Of a stretch of DNA of 20,000 nt, positions 1 to 10,043 are shown piece after piece (within the stretch, counting starts at the first letter, position 1; every line of letters begins with the position of its first letter). Origin of the DNA: Psammoneis japonica (lineage: Eukaryota); assembly GCA_008632985.1 (NCBI GenBank), contig QPGO01000281.1, forward strand, positions 55,083 to 75,082, read 5' to 3'. Both the position numbers and the translations under genes were made by a program. The notes under the pieces are model-generated. The model did not search any database. It was given only the letters and a program-made list of their open reading frames with translations, and had not been told where the DNA came from.

Positions 1-1136
1 GTTCAGGATTGCCAAGCGAATTATCTTCCGGACGCAACGGCAAACTGGTAGGAGGTTCTTGTGGAGGCGAGCTTTGTCCTTGTTGGGTGCTTGGACTAAC
101 TGTTGCGGGAGACCCAGTTATTTGCGTTGGGCCCATGGTTGTCGGTGGGACCGTGGATGGGTTTGTCAAAGGTGGGGTTGGAATTGCCGTTGGTCGTTGG
201 CACAGTGGGTGAGTTTGTCGTTGGTTCGGTAGGAGATGTGGTTGTCGGTGGGACCGTGGTTGGATTGATCGGCTTTTCCGTGGTAAGAGGGGGGTCCGTT
301 GCGGCGGCACAACCTTCGGAACACCAACGATCTCTTGTGCCCTCCGGGTCTTCATTGAAGAGCCTCTGAAACACACCACTTGTACCGCCGTTGCACTCGA
401 TGGAACTGGGAAAATCACAACCCGACCCCGTGATCGCACATATTTGCCTTTTCCCGTTCATTGAATTCATCTCGTCAAAGACAAGGTCATTATAGGGTCC
501 ACAAAAATCCTCGCAGACTATTTTGCTGCAGCGGCCTGGCAGATCTGGGCGATTTGCGTCGCACCGGTAACTCTCGCTCTCACAAGACCGCCTAAATGGG
601 GTCGTCGTTATCGGCGTCAGAGTGGGTCGAGGAGTCAATGCAGGCGGCCGTGTCGACGTCGGAGTGGGTCGAGGAGTCGATTCAGGCGGTCGTGTCACCG
701 GTGGCAGGCCGGTACCGGCACCACACGCAACACAGACCGTTGAACGGACTTCTTCTGGGTGATTATTCATAGTTTCTTGGAACTGCGTCATGGTGGGACA
801 ATTGACGTCTTCATGCCATCCACAATTTCGGATGGCGCACTTGTATACGAATCCTAAATACATGCCGTAGAACTGTGCAGTGTACTCGAGCGTTTTTCCT
901 TGTCCACAGAAATCTGTGCAGATGTAGCACTCGGACATTGCAAAAGCCTTAGGACAGTCCAATCCGGAACGAAATTCGCAATAGTCGCTAACCGACAATT
1001 TGCGACTCGTTGTGGTGTTGGTGCGATTTCTCGCCCCGCGTACGAGTAGTGTTTCTTGGCCATTGGTGTTGGAAGGCCATCCAAACACAACTTGCTTTAG
1101 GATAAAGGGAAGCAGAGTTACCGAAAGCTTGAGCAT
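1..1136 (-). CDS. Putative secreted Cys-rich protein with two related Cys domains and Pro/Thr-rich (mucin-like) linkers; frameshift near 194; the probable true frame runs off the window start
   Basis: ORF 96..1136 begins with a signal-like MLKLSVTLLPFILKQVVFG, then an RKL motif and two domains sharing C.DFCG / CAI / FQ...N..PE..R...C. After about 194 the PT-rich text (PTAIPTPPLTNPSTVPPTTMGP...) continues stop-free in another frame to position 1. Confidence 0.75.
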
Positions 1137-1390
1137 GTGCGCACCTTATTCTTGCTGCCGCGAAAAACTGCGAGGTTCACTTTTTATGACCAGTGCTTTT
1201 AAGCCTGGATGTGGGCTCACTGGGGTGTTGCATTCGTCGATCGGTGCATTTTGTGAGTCCTTCAAAAACACACACGAAAAAAACTCGCGATTTCATTCCT
1301 GGATGTGTCACGAATTCGAATGTCGATTCTCGTTTTTGTTTTTGGTCTCAACCATCGTTTGCGCCATGCGTATCGTGGATTCTTCTCAAA

Positions 1391-2046
1391 TCTTTGACAA
1401 GGAACGAAGGATGAACTAAGCAAAACGGAGAACGCCATTGTCACTTCATGCAGCCGCTGCTTTGTGTTTCTTTTTTCTTTTTTGTCAAAAAAGTGCAAGA
1501 CGAAAGACGAGTCACGATTGCATGACGTCCCCAACGATGACGAGTTTCTACTTACAATTGCTCCTACGTAACAGCTCCATACAAAACATTGTATCCAAGA
1601 CTCTAAGTGTTCTTTGGTGGCGGTTTCTGTCTCAATCACTGTGTGCACTTTTGGGTCCTTTCTCTCCACTGGAGCAGCAGCAGAGAGAGAGAGCAGAGAG
1701 AGCAGCAGCCTCCAGAGCTGCTGCTCTGGAGCCACCGCAGGCAGCATGGAAGCACAAGAAGAAAGCGTTCATCATGGGCTCTTGTTGAGTCTTTGACAAG
1801 CAACAAAGGACAAGCAAAACAGAGAACACCGTTGTCACTTCATGCCACCACTGCTTTGTGTTTTTTTGTAAAAAAATGCAAGTGAAGCAACAAAGATGAG
1901 CCCTCAATTGTGCCACGTGCGCCTGACATGCTGAGTTTCTGCTGCTTGCACTCCTGCTCCTGCGTGCTGACAGCTCCGTGCAAAAATTTGGTGCCAAGAC
2001 TCCAAGCGAACATTGGCGGCATTTTCTGCCTCAACTGCTGTGCATT
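1391..2046 (+). repeat. Degenerate direct repeat of about 260 bp (copy 1 about 1391-1650, copy 2 about 1790-2046) straddling the edge of the TpA-depleted domain
   Basis: Shared blocks in the same order: tctttgacaag, aagcaaaac.gagaac.cc.ttgtcacttcatgc, ctgctttgtgttt, gagtttct, acagctcc, ccaagactc.aag. Confidence 0.85.
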
Positions 2047-5000
2047 GCAAACATCTTGGTCTGAGATTGTGCAATCAAAGGAGAAGAAAATGGAGAGGGG
2101 GTGGCCACCACAGGGGCATGATGGAGTCACAAACTGAGATGAAGAAAATGAAGAAGAGCACATGGCCAGCACAAGTCAATGGCAGCAGCCTTGGCCCCAA
2201 GCCCCCACACATGTGCCTTGTCCTTGCAATGGCGCCATGAGCACTCAAGAGTTGCAGAACACTCTCCAGCCAGGCAGCTGCCTCCCAGACCCTCCACCCA
2301 GCAGTGTCAGCTGATTGCAAAGTTTTCTCTGCAGCAATCAGACCACAGTCAGCCGATTGCATCCCTGCAGAGCAGCAATTGGTTGGCTGCATTTGTGCAG
2401 CAATTGTGTGGTCTGATGAACTGACTGCTGCCATTTCACTGATTTCAGCTGGAAAAAGAGCTTGAATTTTGATTGCGGTCGATTGCAACAGTCGATTGTG
2501 AATGTGACCTCCTGGGCTCTTTCCCAACAATCAGGTCATTGCAGTCAAGTTTGCAGCAGTGATTGCAGTCAAAGTGAGGCTGAATGCAATTGATCCTGGC
2601 AACTGGTTGACACTGCCCTCCAGGCCATGTCAACTTTTGTCTGAACAACCTTGCGGAACAGCGCAACAAGCAAAATGGGCAAGCAACCCATGGGGGCTCA
2701 TTGCAGCCAGAAGCAACACACTCTTCATTTTCAGATTTAACATTTGTGCCTTTGAAATCAATCCAGAGCAGATGAAGCAAGCTGGAAGCTCAATTTGTCA
2801 AATTTTGTCATCCTGCAGGATGGTGGCAACAATGTGATTTTGTCAACAACATTGTTTGGCTGCATTTTTTGTCATGCACCAAGAATTTTGCAGACAAACT
2901 TTGTTCTGCACTTTCACTCCAACAATCCAACTCTCTCCAAATTGACAATGTGAAAGTGGAGCCATTGCAATCACTTCAAAAATGTCCTCTCAAAAGATCC
3001 CTTGGATCCAAGTCATTGCTCTGTGCAGCAAAATCCAGGACTCATGTTCTTTGCTTTGTTGAAGACTGCTGAAACAGCAGCTCCCTCTCCATCTTGCTCT
3101 CAGTCAACATGAAACCAACCTCCTGCACCAGCAATGTCTCACACCACCACAAATCGAGACAACTGATCTTCACACCACCACACCAGCTTTGGCTCAGTGG
3201 GTGCCAAAAATCTGGCAAATGGTGGGATGATGCATCATCTGCATGCAACATGGCATCACAAATGGGTGCAACGGCATGCTTGCACAAAACTCATCTGGAT
3301 TCTGTTCTCTGATGGTCTGTTTGTGAACCCAAAAAAAAGTGTGACAAACCTGCTGCAGCAATGGGGCTGGACAAAACAATGATTGTTTGGATGCCTCATC
3401 TGCAGCGTCAATGTCATCATTGGCTCCAGTGGGCTTTTGACAAGTTCTCCATGTTGTCACCACCATGATGGTCTGTGCACTCAGTTGGAGCATGCCTGCC
3501 ATGCCATTTCGAAGTTGCTTGAGGCCTGGGTCTCACAGCTGCATCAACCTCAGAGTCAACACACCTTGCACTTTGTTTTCCTCCTCTTTGGAGCACACTG
3601 AGCAAAATCCTCTTGCAGGAGGCCCTGTTGTCTGTGCTCAGGAGCTGCACATGCATCCCCTCAAATCGTCCTCAAGCAAGAACATGGAGGAAGTGCCAGC
3701 ACACTGTGTTGTGCCATTTGGCATCATCAGCAGACCCACCAGGCCCACACATGACAGCTCAGCACACAACAAAAGTGACAGTGCCGCCATTGTTGTGTCA
3801 GCTGCAACTTTGGATTTTTCAAGAGCTGCTGCAAAGCCAGCCTTGAAAGTGCTGAGGCCACTCTTCACATTTTGTCCATCAAAACAGCACATTGTGGAAA
3901 CTGACCAGCTGCCTTTTTCCCAAGTCAGAGGAGCTCATTGGCTGCAACACAACAAAGAAAGCTGACAATCTCTCCTCCACTTTCATGCTGCCTCCTGCTC
4001 CAATGTTGGAAAACAGCTGAAAACCACTCACAGTGTGTTTGGGTTCAATGAGCTTGGGAATTTTTGTTGGCCATGGCACATGCTGTGTGTTTTGCAGACA
4101 GAGCAAAGCATCTGTGAGAACTTGTCAAAAGTTGCAATTTTGACAGCAAGACAAAACAACCAAGGTGGGTCAAGGCAGCAGCTGTCTTGTTCAAGCTGCT
4201 GCGGTGCTGTGTGGCAGCAGTCTAAATGACATGCTCTGCCTTCAAAACACATTTCTCACTTCTCCAGCTGCCTCAGAGGCAACAAAGCTGAAAGCATCTC
4301 TCAAAGAGAAAAACATGAGCTCTTTGTTGTGTCACCCATGTGCCAAAATCTGGCAGAAATGGACAACCACAGGTGGCCTCCACACTTCAACTTTTTAGCT
4401 CATTTTGGCTCAGTCAATGGTTTCACAGTCTGCTGCTGCACACCATCATCATGACTCAACATCTGTCATCTGAGCAGCACAATCTGTGCTCCAATTGCTT
4501 GTGCTGCTTTCTTGGCACATCAGCGAAGACACAAAAAACCTTTTTCTTGTTTTCTCCTTTTCATTTTTGCTGCACTCACTTTTAGATGGCAGCCCTTTTT
4601 GTCCCCAAGATTTGGTGCTCCACATGTTTTCCTGTCACATTTTTTGTTGAAGCAGATCAAGTGCTGGCACTTGTTGCAGGAATCAGCTGCTCCCCATTTT
4701 CTCAGTCATTTTGTGCTTTTTTGCATGAGTGGCATGTTCTTTTGCTTTCCAAAGGGCTGGCCCAAGAACCTTTCTTGCTTGCCTTGTAACTGCCCTGACA
4801 GCAGCTCTTTTTCAAGGCTTTTGACTGCTCTTGGAACAACACCGCAGCAGATTGCAGCCAGACATGGAAAAATCAGGGGCAACGTGTTCTCTGATTCTCA
4901 CAGAACAATCTCTACAGTGTCAGCCAGATGGCTTGTGTGGAAACCATGCTGATGCCACCAAGGATCAAAATGTGGGGTGAGCAACAAATCTCAGTTCTCC

Positions 5001-5340
5001 TGTGACACACAGAACAAGTGCGTGAAGGCATCAGAAGCCACACACACACCAGAAAAGGCTTGGACTTCAACAACATTGGAACACTTCTCACCTGGCAGCT
5101 CTGCAGCATGGAGGGACTCTGCACATGTCTGTTTGTGAGGGCCATCTGGTGGAGCAGCTGTGCACTGGCTTTGGGAGAAAAGCACCATGGCTGCAACCAC
5201 CAATGCCTCCAGACAGTTGATGCCCTGGCTTCTGCATGAGCCACAGCAACACTTGCCACATGACTGAAAAACATTGCAGCTTTGTGTTGCACTTGATGGC
5301 CAACCTTGAACACACTTTTTCCTGGCAGCAAACTTGTGGA
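1610..5340. other. Hypermutated domain A: TpA- and CpG-depleted, TpG/CpA-enriched degenerate DNA of unidentified origin
   Basis: Hand count finds about 7 TA dinucleotides (1869, 2738, 4223, 4396, 4583, 4787, 4913) in about 3.7 kb. ORFs in all six frames essentially lack Tyr and are rich in Cys/His/Gln. Confidence 0.9.
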
Positions 5341-6354
5341 CCGTTGTGTAGACCAGTGCTACGATGCCTCTACGACGATTGAAGTTCAAGACACACGTGG
5401 CGTAGTCAAGAATGACAAGGACGACGACAATTTCTGCGTCGTGTTCGACCCATATATAGCATTACGGTAAGTGCCGAGATATTTACTCTGCAGTTTTCGT
5501 CGATATCCAACGTCAGGCGTGGCCAACACGGTGGGTTTCATTCTTTCTTCTTGTTTTTGACAGGCATCCATTGAATTCGGTTGTTTCACTGCTTCTGACG
5601 GCATTCATACACCGTACCGTGCGACCAACTCGTCCCCCCGGATAGCGGAAGCTGTGCTACTTCAAGTCCTAACTGCATTAGCTCGTTGACGCTTTCAGTC
5701 CAGGAAATTTCTTGCGAAGAAAGCGAAAGCCAAAACAACCAAGTCAACGAAACATGCAATGACTTCGCTGACGTGGAACTCGAGGGTAAACTTATCCAGG
5801 TCACATGTGGTGATTCGCAGGCCGAACTTGAAAGAAGAACGGTCTATCGTAACCAGCCGTTCAAAGTTGGAACTGGAGATGACTGTCTACCAGACGACAT
5901 CCAGTGTAAAATCTACGACTATAATGATCAGAGCCAGATAGTCCAGATGGTCACTTTTGATACGTCATGCGCGGAACCGTTGAATGTCAAGAACACTTTT
6001 GGAATGTTGCAGATTGAGGGTTGTGCTGATCAGTGGGAAAACTTCAATCGGCAATGTCGCCCCTTTGTTGATACCACTTATTCAGTGTCAAACGTTGGTG
6101 ATGAGGTTTTCACTCTCACTGAAGCTTATGATTCGATTTATGACTTTGATTTTCTACATGGGGAACCACAAACTGTGCCACCGAGTGAGCCCAAACCTTT
6201 AGTATTAGCTGTCCACCAGGACGCTTTCGATTTGTGTGTTCAGGGCATTGCTTGCTACAACAGCACTTCGACTGTCAAGGCTGAATCTAATGAAAATGGA
6301 GCCCCGTGTGAAGCTATGGCGATGGAAAGTTTTTGTTATCCAGGGATTTTTTGA
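5339..6354 (+). pseudogene. 5'-damaged, frameshifted gene for a Cys-rich repeat-domain extracellular protein (diatom-type, QMVTFDTSCAEPL...FG.L.I.G motif; possibly DUF7467-like)
   Basis: Exon piece 5339-5466 (DRCVDQCYDASTTIEVQDTRG...NFCV) resembles the ORF C-terminus (DLCVQGIACYNSTSTVKAES...SFCY). After the intron come ASIEFGCFTASDGI and PCDQLVPPDSGSC..., which joins ORF 5686..6354. Frame breaks at about 5455 and about 5610. The domain name is from recall only. Confidence 0.65.
5467..5563 (+). other. GT-AG intron (97 bp)
   Basis: Donor GTAAGT at 5467; pyrimidine tract ttcattctttcttcttgtttttga ending in CAG at 5561-5563. Confidence 0.75.
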
Positions 6355-6875
6355 TTGGCGGCGACCAAAGAATCTTCCCCTGTGTGTTGTGTTTCGAGAT
6401 GCGCTGTAACTTTACCGTTTTGTACCGTGGCACTTCTCCAAGACTTCTCGTTTTGCGTTGAGATAGGCATATACCGTAGCTCTTGTTTGTCACTTTGCAT
6501 CGAGAAAGATAGGAATACATGCCGTGGCTCTTGTCTTACTGTACCGTACTCGTATCATAGGGCCCGGAAGCTAGCTCTAGCTACGGCCGTGATCGTTTAT
6601 GAGAGTCGCACCACCGCTAGAGTAGAGGGCCGTACTGCTCTAGTAGAGACACGTCTCTACTCGAACTCTATGCACTTCACAACCAACAAACTTTCGGTGC
6701 CAATGACAAAAATACAAAATAAAGGCTGCTCGAAGAACTTAATTCATGTTATTAAAGTTTCGACAAACGCTTAAGATAATTTCGCTTCACAATCACAAAT
6801 GGCACACAAAAAACAAACTCCATACTACCAGGGAGCTGCACCACACTACACACACAAAGAACCAAATGATTAGCC

Positions 6876-9800
6876 TCAAACACTCTTGTCGCCAGTGCTT
6901 GCTGCTTCATCGTCGGCTGGTTTCTTTACGGAATCTCCCTTGAGTTCCCCACCCGCTTCGGCATGTCGCAGAGCGGACAAACTTCTCGCAATCGCCCAAT
7001 CGGCAGCATCACTCGCGCCAGCTTCCTCGGTTGATCCTTCTGCCTTGCTCTGTTCTGCAATCTGCATCCAAACTTCCGCTTGAGCCAGTGCATCCTGTTC
7101 CTCCTTTAATGCCTTGGCCTTTTTGGCCTTGGACGATCCAGAACTGGCATCGTCGCTCTTGCCGGCTGAAGTATCCGATTTCTTCCTTCCAAACCAGCTT
7201 CTTCGTTTGCTTCCGCCACTACCGCTGCCACTACCAGTACCCGTGCTCTTGCCATCATCCCGGCTCGTATCGGGACTACTGCTAGACATGCTCTTGCCTT
7301 CTCTGTCTGTCTTGGAAAAGTTACCCGCCGCAGCCATGACTCCCGTCCAGTCACCCTTGTCAATCAACGCGTCAAGCTCTGCCGCACGCTCGGCATTGAC
7401 ACCGGTCCTTTTCTTTCGGCTGCTCGCGTCGGTATCCAACGAGGCTGAAAAGGACCGCGACGACGCTGTCGTGACACTCGCGTCACTCATCATGGCAGCT
7501 GCTTCTCCGACAGCCTCCCAGTCACCAGCATCAATTGCCTCCTCGAGCGCTGTTCTCCTGCGCTTTCGCTCCGTCTCGGACGTGTCGCCTTCGTCCTCTG
7601 ACTTGAGAGCCGGTGCAGCCTTTGCTTTATCGTCCTTATCATCCTTTTTGCTCTTGGCCGCTACAGCGGCTCCGGCCGCACCAAGCGCTGCTCCACCAAC
7701 TGCCGCACCAGCAGCAATACCAGCCACGGCTCCTCCCGACAATCCTCCGTCACCACCGCCTCCAGCCGCCGCTGCAGCGGCGGCAGCATCACCCTGCCTC
7801 GCTTTACGAACCTCATCGCGAGCCTGAATCTTGGCACTCTTGCGGTCCGCCGCCCTTGCACGCTGGGCAATGCTGCGTTCCTGCATGGTCCTCAAGGTCT
7901 CCACCAATTCCTCTTCGCGTCCACGGAATTGCAACATCATTTCATCCACATTGTCAATCTCGTCCGGCACGACACGACGCACCAGGGCCTCGACTTCGTT
8001 ACGAATCTCGGCACGCTTTGCCTGCTTGCTCGGACTGTCACTGAGACTGGTCGTTTCGCCCTGCGAGTATCCCGAGGACGTACCATAACTGCCACTTCCC
8101 GTACCCGTATACGAACCCGTATAATACTCGGACGATCCCGCCGTTCCACTGCGCGTCGCCGATCCCGACTGCGACCCGGAATTCTTACTTCCGGTTTCCG
8201 ATTTGGACGTGGACGACTCTCCTTCCGACTTTTCAAACCTCGCTGCCGCCAAAACGACACCCTCCCAATCTCCGGCATCCACCAAATGATCCAATTCGGC
8301 CGCACGCGCCGCGTCAATGGACGAGACGGAGGATCCACCCTGGAAGCGGACGTGCCCGATTTGCGGCTCTTGGAGGAATGGGATTGCGAATCCGACGCGG
8401 CCGCCAAGAGGCCGCCGTGGCACCCACCGCGGCCCAATCACCGGAATCAATGGCACTGTCCAAATCGGCACGCGTCACCGTGGGAAGGTCCGGCACATCG
8501 CCGCTTTCAATCTTATTGGCGGATCGTGCACTCGCCACTCCCATGGCGGCCAAACTCGCTCCACGCTGTGCCTCGTCCTGTTCGGAATTGAGACTGGAGA
8601 CACCGGCCGACGAGGACCATCCACTCGAACCAGCATTCGAGGAGGAATCGTCTGATTTCTTTGCTGCCGACGCGACCGCCAATTCGGTATCAGTATCACG
8701 TTTGTTTCCCTTGCCATACGTCGCCGTTCCGGCACCCAACACCGCCGCCTTGTCTTCTGTCGAGGGCATGTACGGACGATTATCGTCCTTGTCTTGAGCA
8801 CGTTTACGACGAAACACAAAGTACCCCACACCGGCAATGGTAACCACCGAGGCAGCAATGACGATTCCGGCAATGCCTCCACCGGAAATGCCACTGTCGG
8901 GTGCTGGTGCCGGAGTCGGTGCTTCGGCCGGAGACAAGATGCGCACCACCGAATTGGGATTGACCACCGTCAGGGCAGTTTGCAAATCGCCATTGACAAA
9001 GATCGCTTCCGTCAAGGCTTGTTCGTAGGCATCCCGCACCGCTGCCGGATCGTCCTCGTCGGTAATCTCGAGAATCACCACGGGATTGACTTCGCGGCAT
9101 TCGTCCGTATCGGGAATGCCATCCGGACAAGCTGTGTATTGAAAGGAGTGAAAATAGAGTGAGTATCGTAATATGCAAGTGGCATTCACAATACACAACG
9201 CAATCCAACTGATGTAATAACACTGTACACATTTCTTTTTTACTTACGAATCACAATGGTTCCTGTAATGGACGTGGGTGTTCGTACCATGACGGCCAAT
9301 CGTCTACTACGCAATTGTCGTCGTCGCATTCGAAATTCCGAAAGAGCAACATTGGTGGCCACAATATTCATGGCGGCAATCAAATCGTCTGTATAAGTAG
9401 ATGGATCGACTTCTTGTACCAATCCATCTTGTACCGCAATCGGATACGGTACCATGACGGTTTCAAAATCCGGTGTCGTTTCCAACGATGGTGCTGCCGT
9501 CAAGGTGGGACCGCTCGTGGTGGGTGCCATGGTGGGTGTTCCCGGGAGTAAACTGGGAGCCGACGAGGGCATGATTGTGGGTGCGGCACTGGGAGCATTG
9601 CTGGAAATGACACGATTGATGGACGTGTCCGTAAACAAACACACCGAAAAGAGATAGGGTGTCACTTGTCCTTCATCGACACCGGTAATGTTGATGCGCG
9701 CATTGTCTCCGATACAACAATCATCCGCGGCTCCCGGCACATTGGTACAGAGACACGCGAGGGCATTGAAATTGAGTTGCAAAATCACAGGCAATTCACT

Positions 9801-10043
9801 GAAGTCTGTAACATTTTCCAGAAATCCATCGGGACCCGAGAGTTGCACAAACGTGACGTATTCTTGACGATCAATCAAATCATCCTTGGGGCAACAGTCC
9901 GAGCCGCTCAGAGCACCGTAACACGTGTCGGTATCCACAAACGGACCGACACTGACATTTTGGGCACCAGTAAAACAATTCAGGAGCAAGAGAGATAGCA
10001 TAAACCTGAGTATCATGGTTGTTGTTTTTGTTGTTGCCGTCAT
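6876..10043 (-). CDS. Type I membrane protein, two exons (10043-9248, 9131-6876): signal peptide, Cys-rich domain with an EF-hand-like motif, PS/T linker, RxL motif, TM helix, and a long Ser/Gly-rich cytosolic tail with four GDW repeats; two apparent 1-bp deletions at about 8410 and about 8339
   Basis: Joins ORFs 9240..10043, 8314..9198, 7937..8437 and 6876..8471. Splicing gives IVI-P-CPDGIP in frame. TM is GIAGIVIAASVVTIAGVGYFVF followed by RRKR. Also present: DDLIDRQEYVTF, RRRQLRSRRL and a VPDEIDNVDEMMLQFRGREEEL motif. Confidence 0.85.
9132..9247 (-). other. GT-AG intron (116 bp, phase 1)
   Basis: Minus-strand donor GTAAGTA at 9247 and acceptor ...ctcctttcaatacacAG at 9132; removal fuses two ORFs in frame (C|CT = Pro). 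Confidence 0.85.

Noticed and set aside
2305..2600. Recurring gattgca/ttgcagtc motifs suggesting subterminal repeats
   Set aside because: No clear period, and TGCA is the expected sink of TA/CG conversion
1610..5340. Dense overlapping short ORFs on both strands, Cys/His-rich (also throughout 10720-20000)
   Set aside because: Loss of TpA removes TAA/TAG stops and Tyr codons on both strands, so spurious ORFs with apparent metal-binding composition are expected
7114..7827. 237-aa Ala/Ser/Pro-rich + strand ORF (also 7929..8591, 9..212, 103..369)
   Set aside because: Antisense shadows of low-complexity minus-strand genes
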